NCBI GenBank assembly: GCA_963760755.1 | Contig: CAVXEE010000004.1 | Span: 141,555-205,554, forward strand | DNA: 64,000 nucleotides | Direction: 5' to 3' | Source: an uncultured Actinomycetes bacterium | GTDB lineage: Bacteria > Actinomycetota > Thermoleophilia > Gaiellales > JAICJC01 | Shown here: positions 8,700-18,382 of the stretch, piece after piece | Numbering within the stretch: the first letter of the stretch is position 1 | How the letters are laid out: each line of letters begins with the position of its first letter | Notes under the pieces: model-generated | Databases searched by the model: none | What the model was told of the DNA's origin: nothing | What the model saw: only the letters and a program-made list of their open reading frames with translations | Program-made: the position numbers and the translations under genes

Positions 8700-9314
8700 A
8701 TGCCGCCGGTGAGCTATCCGGTCGCCTGGCAGCGCGAGGCCGGCCCCCGCCTGGTCGGCTCGGCCACCGTCGACGGCGAAGGGCTTGTGCTCGTGGGCCG
8801 CGAGGTCGGCACCCAGAACGCCGAGGAGCGCCTGGCGCTCGCCGGCGGGGCGGTCGAGCGCGTCGAGCTACGCCGGTCATCCGCGCTGCCCTCGCTCTCG
8901 GCGGTGCACGACGGCCGCCCGGTGGTCATCGAGCTCTTGATGGGAGGGTGGGGGGCCGCGCACCACCTGGCCGACGCCCTCGCCGGGCCGCTCGCAGGAG
9001 CTCAGCCGGCCGCCTCGGCGCAGGTGCGCACCGTCGCGATCGCCGCGCGCATCCGCGCCGGTCGCAGGGCCGAGCTCGAGCAGATTCTTGGACGCGGAGT
9101 CCCCACGGAGCTTGACCGCGAGGACGTGCGCTGCCACGAGATCGCGCTGGGGGACGACGACGTGGTCATCGTCCTCACCGCACCGGGGACGAGCGTGCGG
9201 GTGCTGGCCGAGGCCGGGCTCGGGCTCGGCGGCACGATCGCGACGCCGCGCGTGCTCACCCAGACGTTCTCGTGGCGGCGCGACGCCGATATCCGCCCGG
9301 CCGCAACGGGATAA
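8700..9314 (+). CDS. hypothetical protein
   Basis: ORF 8700..9314 with coding-like composition. I recognise no family. Confidence 0.5.
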   Translation: MPPVSYPVAWQREAGPRLVGSATVDGEGLVLVGREVGTQNAEERLALAGGAVERVELRRSSALPSLSAVHDGRPVVIELLMGGWGAAHHLADALAGPLAGAQPAASAQVRTVAIAARIRAGRRAELEQILGRGVPTELDREDVRCHEIALGDDDVVIVLTAPGTSVRVLAEAGLGLGGTIATPRVLTQTFSWRRDADIRPAATG

Positions 9315-9438
9315 CGGCAGAGGGGTTCCGGTCGCGGCGGGATCGCGGTAGGATTCCGGCGGGCAGCGGGCCATCCACCCAGGGAGGCTCGGGCCGCGTG
9401 TGGGCACCACGCGAAGGAGTAGCTGTGAGGGACCACCG

Positions 9439-10029
9439 ATGCCGGACATGAGACGGTTCAGGATCCCGGACGGATGGCGTCCGCGGAGGCCCGGCGTCGA
9501 CCGCCTGCGCGACCGCGACTGGGATCGCCCGCGCCCGAAGCGGCCCCGCTGGCTGCACGGCCCCGACATGGAGCGGCTGCGTGACCGCGAGTGGACGCGG
9601 CCGCGGTGGCTCGTCATCCCGACCCTCGGCTGGCTGCGCATGCCCGAGCTCGACGTCCCGGCGCACATGCTCGTGCCCGGTATCGCCGTGATCGCGCTCC
9701 TCTTCGGCGGCGGCCTCTACTTCGGCAACATGCTCGGCTCCGATCCGAGCGCGGCCAGCCTCATCACCACGGTGACGCTCAAGGGCAAGGTCGTCACCCT
9801 GAAGGGCAAGCCGGTGAAGGTGATCGTGCCGGCCAAGACCGTCACCCGGCACGGCAAGACGATCAAGCAGCCGCGCAAGACGGTCGACCTGACCCAGACG
9901 CAGACGCAGGTGCGCACCCGCACCCAGCCGGTGCCGGTGCCGACGACGGTGTTCCGCACCCAGACGATCATTCACACCCAGACGGTGACGTCGACCTTCA
10001 CGGTCACGACGACCCTTCCGAGCAGCTGA
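9439..10029 (+). CDS. hypothetical single-pass membrane protein with Arg-rich repeat and Thr/Gln/Val-rich tail
   Basis: Inside ORF 9400..10029. ATG 9439 lies 6 nt after GAGGGA. Internal repeat: RLRDRDWDRPRPKRPRWL / RLRDREWTRPRWL. TM segment: LVPGIAVIALLFGGGLYFG. The C-terminus is rich in TQT/TVT. Confidence 0.55.
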   Translation: MPDMRRFRIPDGWRPRRPGVDRLRDRDWDRPRPKRPRWLHGPDMERLRDREWTRPRWLVIPTLGWLRMPELDVPAHMLVPGIAVIALLFGGGLYFGNMLGSDPSAASLITTVTLKGKVVTLKGKPVKVIVPAKTVTRHGKTIKQPRKTVDLTQTQTQVRTRTQPVPVPTTVFRTQTIIHTQTVTSTFTVTTTLPSS

Positions 10030-10461
10030 TCAGATGTCCGCGGGCGCTCCCGGGACCGTGCGCCCGCCCGGGAAGCGCGACCGCAGGGCGTTGTCGATGA
10101 TCTCGGCCTCGCGTGCCGCGCGGGCCTTGCGCTCGGCCGCCTCGGCGAGCGCCGCCCGGTGCGCCGGGAGCACGCGCTCGAGATAGTCCTTGCTCGCGTC
10201 GGTGACCGCGCCCTCGAGCGCGTCGACCGACGCGGCGTACGCCGACGGCTCGACGGTGAGGGTGATCTGGTGCATCGTGCCGTCGCCGAAGCACTCGGCG
10301 TTTGCGAGCCCGCGCCGGCCGAGCTCGTCCTGCACGCACTGCCAGAAGCGCTGGTCAGCGGTCTCGGGGACGACCGTGAACACCAGGTCGAGCCCGCCGC
10401 TCGCCTCGCGCTGCCCGACGTACTCGAGGACGTGGGCCCGGCCGTCACCGTCTGTGAGCAT
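10030..10461 (-). CDS. hypothetical protein
   Basis: ORF 10030..10479. I prefer the ATG at 10459-10461 (MLTDGDG...) because a TATAAT box sits 7 nt upstream. Confidence 0.5.
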   Translation of the reverse strand: MLTDGDGRAHVLEYVGQREASGGLDLVFTVVPETADQRFWQCVQDELGRRGLANAECFGDGTMHQITLTVEPSAYAASVDALEGAVTDASKDYLERVLPAHRAALAEAAERKARAAREAEIIDNALRSRFPGGRTVPGAPADI

Positions 10462-10468
10462 CGCGGCG

Positions 10469-10474
10469 ATTATA
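10469..10474 (-). promoter_or_regulatory. candidate -10 box (TATAAT) for a leaderless transcript
   Basis: The minus strand reads TATAAT-cgccgcg-ATG, with 7-nt spacing to the start codon at 10461. Confidence 0.35.
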
Positions 10475-10480
10475 GGCACC

Positions 10481-10503
10481 CGGCCGCGGCGTGACCGCGG
10501 CCG
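10481..10503 (-). terminator. hairpin downstream of the ClC gene
   Basis: CGGCCGCGG cgtga CCGCGGCCG forms a perfect 9-bp stem. It lies between the ClC stop (10529) and the next minus-strand promoter. Confidence 0.45.
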
Positions 10504-10528
10504 TCGGCGCGGCTCTCAGGCGGAGAGG

Positions 10529-11808
10529 CTACGCCGGGGCCGGCGGCGCCGCCGGCTCCTCGTCCGGGGGGGTAGCCGGAGCGGGCGCGAGCCGCGCCGA
10601 GGCGACATACGCGACGACCACCGCGACGATGATCAGCGGCGTCAGCGCGAGGCCGTCGGCGCTCAGGAAGACCACCGCGAGCAGCACCGCCGTCAGCGGC
10701 AGGTCGAGCATGACGGCGGTCATGGCGCCGATGCCCATCGCCGGCGCCGGCGATCATCGGCAGGCCGGGCAGGTGTGAGAGCGCGATCCCGCCGACCGCG
10801 CCGATGAACATTCCCGGGAACACCGGGCCGCCGCGGAAGCTCGAGAGCGCGAGGCCATAGGCGAGCGACTTGCAGATCAGGAGCAGGACGAGCGCGCCGA
10901 CCGTCCAGCCGGCCGCCCCCTCGATCAGGCCCGGGAGCGCGTCCTGACCCGAGAAGAGCACCTCCGACGCCGGGTGGTCGGTCAGCTCGGCGAAGGCGAC
11001 TGCCGCGACGCCGATCGCGAGCCCGACGATCGGCGTCAGCTGCACCTTGCGGGGTTCGACCACCGGCTGCAGCGCGAGCGCGCCCCGCCGGATGGCCGTC
11101 CCGAGGACCGCCGCCGCGAGGCCGATCGGGATCGCCCACAGGAACTCGGCCACCGTCGGCGAGGTGAAGGCCGGAATGTTCGGGATTGCCAGCGAGAACG
11201 TGCCGTAGCCGGTCCAGCTGTCGAGGCCGACGAAGATCAGCGTGCCGATCCCCGCCGCGAGCAGCCCCGGCAGGAGCACGATGCCGAGCATCGGCCCGCC
11301 GATGCCGCTTGCCTCCATCAGCAGGAACGCGCCGACGATCGGCGAGCCGAGCAGGGTGCTGATGGCCGCGAAGCTGCCCGCTGCGCCGATCACCATCGTG
11401 GCCGTCTTCGGCGCGTCGCGTTTGAGCGAGATGCACCGCCAGCACGCCGAGCCCGCTGCCGATCGCGATCAGCGGTGCCTCGGGGCCGAGCACCACTCCC
11501 AGGCTCAGGGTCGCGAAGGCGGCGATGGCGATCCCGGGGAGGTCCTTCGGGTCGACGGCCCCGCCCGCATGAAAGCCCTCGGCGGGCTTGTGACCGCCGG
11601 TTCCGGGCAGATAACGCAGCGTGAGCGCGACCAGCAGGCCGCTCACCGTCAGCGGCAGGATCGGCCACCAGGTCGGCGCGCTCGTGAACCCGACCTCACC
11701 GGGCAGTGTCGTGAACACCCAGTGCTGCGCCTCGCTGACCAGCTTCAGGAAGAAGTACGCGACCGCCGCCACCGGCACTCCGACCAGCGCCCCGAGCACG
11801 AGGATCAC
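10529..11808 (-). pseudogene. ClC-type voltage-gated chloride channel, interrupted by two frameshifts
   Basis: Three collinear pieces lie in three frames. The N-terminal piece is in ORF 10720..12414 (...LGVVLGPEAPLIAIGSGLGVLAVHL). The middle piece is ORF 10470..11396 (MVIGAAGSFAAISTLLGSPIVGAFLLMEASG...). The C-terminal piece is ORF 10529..10738 (MGIGAMTAVMLDLPLTAV...). The junctions are at about 11420-11432 and 10739-10750. Start proposed at GTG 11808 (GGAG 7 nt upstream). Confidence 0.8.
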
Positions 11809-11861
11809 GACGTAGCTCCGGCTGCGGCGCAGCGTCGCCGGGTCGGGTGGGCGATCCGGGG

Positions 11862-13415
11862 TCAGACGCCCATCCGCTCGAGCAGCCTGTCGCCCACGCG
11901 AAGGGAGTTGGCCATCGCGGTGAGCGCAGGGTTCACGGCGCCGATGCTCGGGAACACGCTCGTATCGACGACGTAGAGGTTGTCCAGATCGTGAGCGCGG
12001 CAGTCGGGGTCGAGCGCCGAGGTCGCCGGGTCGGTGCCGAAGCGGCACGTGCCGGCCTGGTGGGCGACGCCGGCCACCGGGATCTCGTTCTTCATGTAGG
12101 CGAAGCGGTGGATCAGGTGGTCGGGGTCCATGTCGAGCTTGCCCAGGATCGACTTGAGCTCGGCGTAGAGCCGCTGCTTGGGGACGTCGTTGCTCGACCG
12201 ATAGCGAAGGGTGACGCGGCCGTCGCCGTCGACCGTCACGCGGTTCTCGGGCAGGGGCAGATCCTCGGTCGAGAGCCAGAAGTCGATCGCGTGGCGGGCA
12301 ATGGCCTCGAGTGACCAGCGCGGCGCAAGCCGCGTCTCCGCCGGCTTCTCGCCGTGGAACATCGGCGCCTGCGACTTGCCGACCATCTGGATGTTGCCGA
12401 GCGGGTAGTCGCACCGCTCGCCTGCGAGGTAGAAGTCGTTCAGCCCGAGCGTCTTCTGGAAGATCGTCGGGTTCTCCTCCCGCGAGAGCGCGAGCACCGC
12501 CTGGCTGTTGTGGAACATGTAGTTGCGGCCCACCTGGTCGCTCGCGTTCGCAAGCCCGCTCGGGTGCTTGTCATTCGCCGACATGAGCAGGAGCTTGGCC
12601 GTATTGGCGGCGCCGCAGGCGAGCACGACCAGGTCGCCCGTGAACGTCTCGGTCGCGCCGTCCCGCTCGACGACGACCCCCGTCACCGCGGTGCCCGCCG
12701 GGTTCGTCTCGACCCTGGTCGCGACGGCACCCGTCAGGAGCGTCACGTTCGGGTGCTCGAGCGCGGGCCGGATCCCGAGCACGTCGGCATCCGACTTGCC
12801 GTGCACGACGCATGGGAAGCCGTCGCAGTTCATGCACCGCACGCACGCGCTGTAGGGCATGTTGGCCTCGTTGAGCCGGATCCCGCAGGGGGCGTGGAAC
12901 GGGTGGTAGCCGGCCGCGGCGAGGTCGTCGGAGAGCTGCTGGATGCGGGGCTCGTGTGAGACGGCCGGGAAGGGGTACTGCGCGCTCGCCGGCGGGTCGG
13001 TCGGATCCTCGCCGTGGTTGCCGTGCACCTCGTAGCGCTGCTCGGCCAGCGTGTAGTACGGCTCGAGCTCGTCGTAGGAGATCGGCCATGCGGGCGACAC
13101 CCCGTCGTGATGGCGCAGCTCGCCGAAGTCCTCTTCGCGCAGCCGGTAGAGCGCGGCTCCGTAGAGCTTCGTGGCGCCGCCGACGAAGTAGTGGATCTGG
13201 GGCTGGAACGGCTTGCCGTTCTCGTCGTACCAGGTGTCGGGCGAGACGTACCGGTTGTCGACGAAGACGTCCTGCGCGAGCCAGTTCTGCGGCTCGCGAG
13301 GCAGCCAGTCGCCGCGTTCGAGGACGAGGATGCGCTTGCCCGAGGGGGCCAGATGGCGGGCCAGCGTGCCGCCCCCCGCGCCGGTGCCCACGATGATGAC
13401 GTCGTAGGAGTCCAT
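11862..13415 (-). CDS. GMC family FAD-dependent oxidoreductase
   Basis: ORF 11862..13415. FAD fold at the N-terminus (DVIIVGTGAGGGTLARHL). The C-terminus is GMC-typical (LYVVDTSVFPSIGAVNPALT). Confidence 0.85.
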   Translation of the reverse strand: MDSYDVIIVGTGAGGGTLARHLAPSGKRILVLERGDWLPREPQNWLAQDVFVDNRYVSPDTWYDENGKPFQPQIHYFVGGATKLYGAALYRLREEDFGELRHHDGVSPAWPISYDELEPYYTLAEQRYEVHGNHGEDPTDPPASAQYPFPAVSHEPRIQQLSDDLAAAGYHPFHAPCGIRLNEANMPYSACVRCMNCDGFPCVVHGKSDADVLGIRPALEHPNVTLLTGAVATRVETNPAGTAVTGVVVERDGATETFTGDLVVLACGAANTAKLLLMSANDKHPSGLANASDQVGRNYMFHNSQAVLALSREENPTIFQKTLGLNDFYLAGERCDYPLGNIQMVGKSQAPMFHGEKPAETRLAPRWSLEAIARHAIDFWLSTEDLPLPENRVTVDGDGRVTLRYRSSNDVPKQRLYAELKSILGKLDMDPDHLIHRFAYMKNEIPVAGVAHQAGTCRFGTDPATSALDPDCRAHDLDNLYVVDTSVFPSIGAVNPALTAMANSLRVGDRLLERMGV

Positions 13416-13417
13416 CG

Positions 13418-15331
13418 TCAGTACTGCTCCAGCAGCTCGGGCACCAGGATCCGCGCGGCCGCCTCCATGAGGGCGAGATGCGAGAAGGCCTGGGGGAAGT
13501 TGCCGAGGTGGCGGCCGGTGCCGGCGTCGAACTCCTCGGCGTAGAGCCCGAGCGGAGATGCGATCCGCAGCAGCCGCTCCATCAGATCACGCGCCCGCTG
13601 GAGCTCGCCGACGATCGCCAGGGCGGACACGAGCCAGAACGAGCAGATCAGGAACGTGCCCTCCTTGCCGGAGAGGCCGTCGTCGGTCTCGCCGGTGCGG
13701 TAGCGCAGCACGAAGCCGTCCTCGGTGAGGTCGTTTGCGATCGCCATCACGCTTGCCCGCAGGCGCTTGTCGTCGCCCGGCAGGAATCCGAAGATCGCCG
13801 CCAGGAGCGTCGAGGCGTCGAGGGCGTCCGTGTTGTAGTGCTGGACGAGGACGCCCTTGTCGTTCAGGCCGTGCTCGAGGATGTCGGCGCGGATCTCCTC
13901 GGCTGACGCCTGCCAGGTCGCCTGCAGCCCGGGGTCACCGCGGATCTCGGCCAGCTTGGCGGCGCGATCGAGGGCGACCCAGCTCATCAGCTTCGACGAC
14001 ACGTAGTGCTGCGGCTTGCCGCGCGCCTCCCAGATGCCCTGGTCGGGCTTGCGCCAGACCTTGGTTGCGCACTCGGCCTGCGACTGCACGATCGGCCACA
14101 GCCGCCGCGGCAGCCGCTCGCTGCGCCTGGTGTGGAGCAGGATGGAGTCGAGCACCGCGCCGAAGACGTCGTTCTGGCGCTGGTCGAACGCGCCGTTGCC
14201 GACGCGGACCGGGCGGGCGCCGGCGTAGCCGGACAGGTCGTCGCGCGTCGTCTCGGTCAGATCGCGACGGCCGTCGATCCCGTACATGATCTGCAGCGAT
14301 CCGTCCTCGGTTGGCTCGAGGTCTGCGACGAACTGCATGAACTCGTCGGCCTCCCAGTCGAGGTTCAGCCAGTGCAGCGCCTGCAGCGTGAACGTCGTGT
14401 CGCGCATCCACGTGTACCGGTAGTCCCAGTTGCGCTCGCCGCCCGGGGTCTCTGGGAGCGACGTCGTCAGCGCCGCGACGGTCGCGCCGGTGGGCATGTA
14501 GGTCAGGCCCTTGATCGCAAGCGCAGAGCGCTGCAGCGGCTCGCGGAAGCGGTGGTCGGGGATGCGGGCGCGCCCGAGCCACGCGCGCCAGAAGCGTGTG
14601 GTGGCATCGATCCGGGCGTCCGCCTCGTCGACGGTCGCCGGGGCGGCGGACTGCTCTGCCCACGAGAGCGCGCAGTAGGCGCGGTCGCCTGCCCCGAGCA
14701 CGTGCCGGGCGCGGACGCGGTTGCCCTCGATGCCGAGCGCGAGATCCGTGCAGAGCCGCATCGTCTGGCCCCCGCCGCGCGCGTCGGCCGCGTGCCGGCC
14801 GCCGTCGACCGCCGTCCACTCCGCCGGCTCACGTCCGTAGTCGAAGGCGGGTTCGCAGACGAGCTCGACCTCGACGTTGCCCTCGAGACACTCCACGGTG
14901 CGCACGAGCATGTGATCGGCGTCGTCGTCTGCCGGCGGCCGGGTGTGCGGCGTCACCTGGTCCTCGTGGTCCCACGGCCCCATCGTCAGCGCGTCGCGGA
15001 CGCGCACCCACCCCGACGGCGTCTTCCAGGTGGTCTGGAGGACGTTCGTGCCGGGCTCATAGATGCGGGTGGTCGGGTGGTTGATCCCATACGGGGCGAA
15101 CCGGAAGAACCCCGCCTCGCGGTCGATGAGGCTGCCGAACACGCTGGGCGCGTCGAAGCGGGGCACGCACAGCCAGTCGATTGCTCCGTCGGGCGCAATC
15201 AGCGCCCCCGTGTGGCAGTCCGAGATGAACGCGTATTCGGCGATCGGCGGGAACGGCGACGGTGCCGCGGCGCTCTGCACCTGCGGCTCCTGGGTCGGCT
15301 TGCGGCTCCGTGTCGGGGTCTTGGCGCTCAT
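13418..15331 (-). CDS. glycoside hydrolase family 15 (glucoamylase/trehalase-like)
   Basis: ORF 13418..15355. ATG at 15329-15331 (MSAKTP...) overlaps the zwf stop (ATGA). Family-typical segments: YAFISDCHTGALIAPDGAIDWLCVPRFD, NWDYRYTWMRD. Confidence 0.85.
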   Translation of the reverse strand: MSAKTPTRSRKPTQEPQVQSAAAPSPFPPIAEYAFISDCHTGALIAPDGAIDWLCVPRFDAPSVFGSLIDREAGFFRFAPYGINHPTTRIYEPGTNVLQTTWKTPSGWVRVRDALTMGPWDHEDQVTPHTRPPADDDADHMLVRTVECLEGNVEVELVCEPAFDYGREPAEWTAVDGGRHAADARGGGQTMRLCTDLALGIEGNRVRARHVLGAGDRAYCALSWAEQSAAPATVDEADARIDATTRFWRAWLGRARIPDHRFREPLQRSALAIKGLTYMPTGATVAALTTSLPETPGGERNWDYRYTWMRDTTFTLQALHWLNLDWEADEFMQFVADLEPTEDGSLQIMYGIDGRRDLTETTRDDLSGYAGARPVRVGNGAFDQRQNDVFGAVLDSILLHTRRSERLPRRLWPIVQSQAECATKVWRKPDQGIWEARGKPQHYVSSKLMSWVALDRAAKLAEIRGDPGLQATWQASAEEIRADILEHGLNDKGVLVQHYNTDALDASTLLAAIFGFLPGDDKRLRASVMAIANDLTEDGFVLRYRTGETDDGLSGKEGTFLICSFWLVSALAIVGELQRARDLMERLLRIASPLGLYAEEFDAGTGRHLGNFPQAFSHLALMEAAARILVPELLEQY

Positions 15332-16776
15332 GCCGGCATCCACGGGTCTCGCCACCCGCCGTGACCGGCGACGAGCTTCTCGGCAGCCTCCGGGCCCCAG
15401 CTGCCCGGGGCGTACGGCTTGACCGCGGGGCGGTGTTCCAGCAGCGGTTGCATGATCCTCCAGGTTTCCTCGACGCCGTCCTGGCGCGTGAAGTGGGTGT
15501 TGTCGCCGACCATGGCCGCGTGCAGCAGGACCTCGTACGGAGTCGGCCCCTCGCCGCCCTCCTGCTCGAACTCCATGTCGAGCTCGATCGCCTCCGGCCC
15601 CGGCGCATCCGCCCGGTGCGCATCGACCATGAGGCGCACGCCCGTCGTCGGGTCGAGCTTGATGACGAGCTGGTCAGGCTCCGGCCGGCGGACGCCGGCC
15701 CGCTTGAAGCCGAGGGCGGGGGGATGCTTGAACACGAGCCGTAGCTCGGTGAGAGTCGCGGGCAGGAGCTTGCCGGTGCGGATGAAGAAGGGCACGCCCG
15801 ACCAGCGCCAGTTGTCGATGTCGAGCCGCAGCGCGGCGTACGTCTCGGTCTGCGAGTCAGGCGCGACGCCGTCGATCTCGCGGTAGCCGTCGTGCTGGCC
15901 GCGCACGTAGCAGGCCGGGTCGGCCGGCTGGATCGCCCGGAACACCGCCACCTTTGCGTTGTTCAGCGTGTCTGCATCGTTCGCGGCCGGCGCCTCCATC
16001 GCCGCCCCCGCCACCACCTGCATGAGGTGGTTTACGACGACGTCGCGCAGCGCGCCGACGGGGTCGTAGAAGTGCCCCCGGTCGGCGACGCCGAAGCTCT
16101 CCGCCATCGTGATCTGGACGCACTCGAGGTAGTTGCGGTTCCAGATCGGCTCGAGGATGGTGTTCGCGAACCGCAGGTAGAGCATCTCGTCGAGGCCCAT
16201 CTTGCCGAGGAAGTGATCGATGCGGTAGAGCTGGGACTCGTCCACGTACTGATGCAGCTCGGCGGCGAGCGCCCGCGCGGACTCGAGGTCGTGCCCGAAC
16301 GGCTTCTCGACGACGATGCGGGCGCCGCGTACGAGGTCTGCGCCGGCGAGGCCCTTCACCACGGTGCCGAAGAGGAACGGCGGGATCTCGAGATAGAACA
16401 CCGGCGACGAGGCGCCCTTGATCGCCTCTGCCACCCGCTCGTATGTCGCGCCGTCGCCGAAGTCGCCGTCGACGTAGGCCAGCCGCTTCGCGAAGCGGTC
16501 GAACACCTTGTCGTCCACCTTCTCTCCAGTGCCCGCGATCGCGTCACGGGCATGCTCGCGCAGGTGTTCGACCGTCCAGTCGTTCACGGCGACGCCCACC
16601 ACCGGGCAGTCGAGCAACCCGCGCTGCTCGAGCCGGTAGAGCGAGCGGAACGTCATCACCTTCGCCAGGTCGCCGGTGATGCCGAACACCACCAGCACGT
16701 CGGCGGCCTTCGTGCCCGCGGTCTTGCCGCCACGCTGCCGGGGTGTCTTCAACGCGGATCCTGCGCTCGTCGTCAT
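15328..16776 (-). CDS. zwf: glucose-6-phosphate 1-dehydrogenase
   Basis: ORF 15328..16800. Motifs FGITGDLA and RIDHFLGK are present. ATG 16776 is preferred because GAGGAG lies 6 nt upstream. Confidence 0.9.
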   Translation of the reverse strand: MTTSAGSALKTPRQRGGKTAGTKAADVLVVFGITGDLAKVMTFRSLYRLEQRGLLDCPVVGVAVNDWTVEHLREHARDAIAGTGEKVDDKVFDRFAKRLAYVDGDFGDGATYERVAEAIKGASSPVFYLEIPPFLFGTVVKGLAGADLVRGARIVVEKPFGHDLESARALAAELHQYVDESQLYRIDHFLGKMGLDEMLYLRFANTILEPIWNRNYLECVQITMAESFGVADRGHFYDPVGALRDVVVNHLMQVVAGAAMEAPAANDADTLNNAKVAVFRAIQPADPACYVRGQHDGYREIDGVAPDSQTETYAALRLDIDNWRWSGVPFFIRTGKLLPATLTELRLVFKHPPALGFKRAGVRRPEPDQLVIKLDPTTGVRLMVDAHRADAPGPEAIELDMEFEQEGGEGPTPYEVLLHAAMVGDNTHFTRQDGVEETWRIMQPLLEHRPAVKPYAPGSWGPEAAEKLVAGHGGWRDPWMPA

Positions 16777-16918
16777 CTGCTGCTCCTCGCGTACGGCCAT
16801 GGCACGCGGTCGTCGTTAGCCGGCGCGGGCCGCGTGATTTCGAGTCCGGCGCGGAACGTATGTGGGGGCCGCCGGACGGGCATCCTCCTGATGGGATGAG
16901 CATCCGGACGGGCGCATC

Positions 16919-18241
16919 TCAGCGCGCGCCGACCGGCTTGGACTCGGCGGGCTCGCGCTCGCCGCGATCCGTCTGCACCGTGATGCGGGCGGCGCGTTCG
17001 TGCGTGAACCCCGCCCACGTCCAGTCGACCACGGCCTTGGCACGATCCTCCCCGGTGGACAGCAGGGCGAGGTGCACCGTGCCCCATGCGAGCGACGCCG
17101 CCTTGCCCTTCATCGTCCGGCCGCGAGGCATCTGGATCACGGCGGCGCCGCGGCCGATCGTCGCCATCGTGCCCTTGTCGAGATAGCCGAACGGCTCCGT
17201 CCCCTTCCCCGCGAGGACGCGGGCGATGTTCTCGCCCGCGCGCTCGCCCGACTGGAGTGCGACCGACCCCAGCTGGGGCAGCACCTTGTTCGTCTTCGTG
17301 TCCGTGATCCAGGCGATGTCGCCGACGGCGGACACCTCGGGATGCCCGGCGATCGTGAGATCGGGCTCGACCGGGATGCGACCGCCGCGCTCGAGCTTCA
17401 GGCCGAGCGAGCCGGCGATCGAGTTCGCCTGCAGGCCGGCTCCCCAGACGAGCGTGTGGGCATCGAGCACCCTGCCCGACTTGAGCGTCACGCGTGTGGG
17501 GGCGACCGAGGCCACCACCTCGCCCAGGAGGACGTCGACCCCGCGCTTCGCGAGCACGTTCATCGTGTACTTGCGGATGTCGCTCTTGAACATCGAAAAG
17601 AGCGTCGGCCCCGCTTCGACGAGGGTCAGCCGCACCCGCTCCTGCGGGATGCCCGGGTAGTCCTCGGCGAGGTTGCTGCGGTAGAGCTCCGCGAGCGCGC
17701 CGACGCTCTCGACGCCGGTCGGGCCGCCGCCCACGACGACGACGTTCAGCGCACCGTCGTCCACGAGCGCGGGGTCGCGGTCGGCCGCCTTCCACCGATC
17801 GAGGATGTGCTCCTTCAGCCGGACGGCGTCTGCGAGCGTGTAGAGCGGAAACGCGTGCTCGGCCGCGCCCTGCACCCCGAAGAAGTTGACCACCGCGCCA
17901 CAGGCGAGCACGAGGTGGTCGTATCCGAGCGGTGGCATCTCCGTGAACCGCACCTCCCGCGTGTCAAGATCGACCGCCTCGACCGTCGCCTCGTGGACGA
18001 CGGCGTTGCCCTGGTCGTGGAAGAGGTCGCGCAGCGGGTGCCCGACCGACGGGGTGTCGAGCAGGGCGGTCGCGACCTGATAGAGCAGCGGCTGGAAGGT
18101 GTGGTAGTCGTGCTTGTCGATCAGCACGACATCGGCATCGGCGTCCCGCAGCTTCCTGGCGGCGCCGAGGCCGGCGAAGCCCCCGCCGAGGATGAGGACG
18201 CGGGGTCGCCCCGCGCGCGTCTGTTCGGACTGGGCCGGCAT
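16919..18241 (-). CDS. ndh: type II NADH dehydrogenase (NDH-2)
   Basis: Inside ORF 16919..18571. ATG at 18239-18241 (MPAQSEQ...). Two dinucleotide folds are present: VLILGGGFAGLGAA and VVVVGGGPTGVE. Confidence 0.85.
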   Translation of the reverse strand: MPAQSEQTRAGRPRVLILGGGFAGLGAARKLRDADADVVLIDKHDYHTFQPLLYQVATALLDTPSVGHPLRDLFHDQGNAVVHEATVEAVDLDTREVRFTEMPPLGYDHLVLACGAVVNFFGVQGAAEHAFPLYTLADAVRLKEHILDRWKAADRDPALVDDGALNVVVVGGGPTGVESVGALAELYRSNLAEDYPGIPQERVRLTLVEAGPTLFSMFKSDIRKYTMNVLAKRGVDVLLGEVVASVAPTRVTLKSGRVLDAHTLVWGAGLQANSIAGSLGLKLERGGRIPVEPDLTIAGHPEVSAVGDIAWITDTKTNKVLPQLGSVALQSGERAGENIARVLAGKGTEPFGYLDKGTMATIGRGAAVIQMPRGRTMKGKAASLAWGTVHLALLSTGEDRAKAVVDWTWAGFTHERAARITVQTDRGEREPAESKPVGAR

Positions 18242-18382
18242 GCTGCGGCTCCAACGTAGTTCCAGCGGTTGCGACGGCGCCTCATCCGATGCGGACGACT
18301 CGCCGCGCCCCCCGGTGAACGTCCGGGGAAGCGGCGCGGGGGTGGTTCGTCGCCGGGGGTGGGCCCGTGTAGCCTGTCGCGC

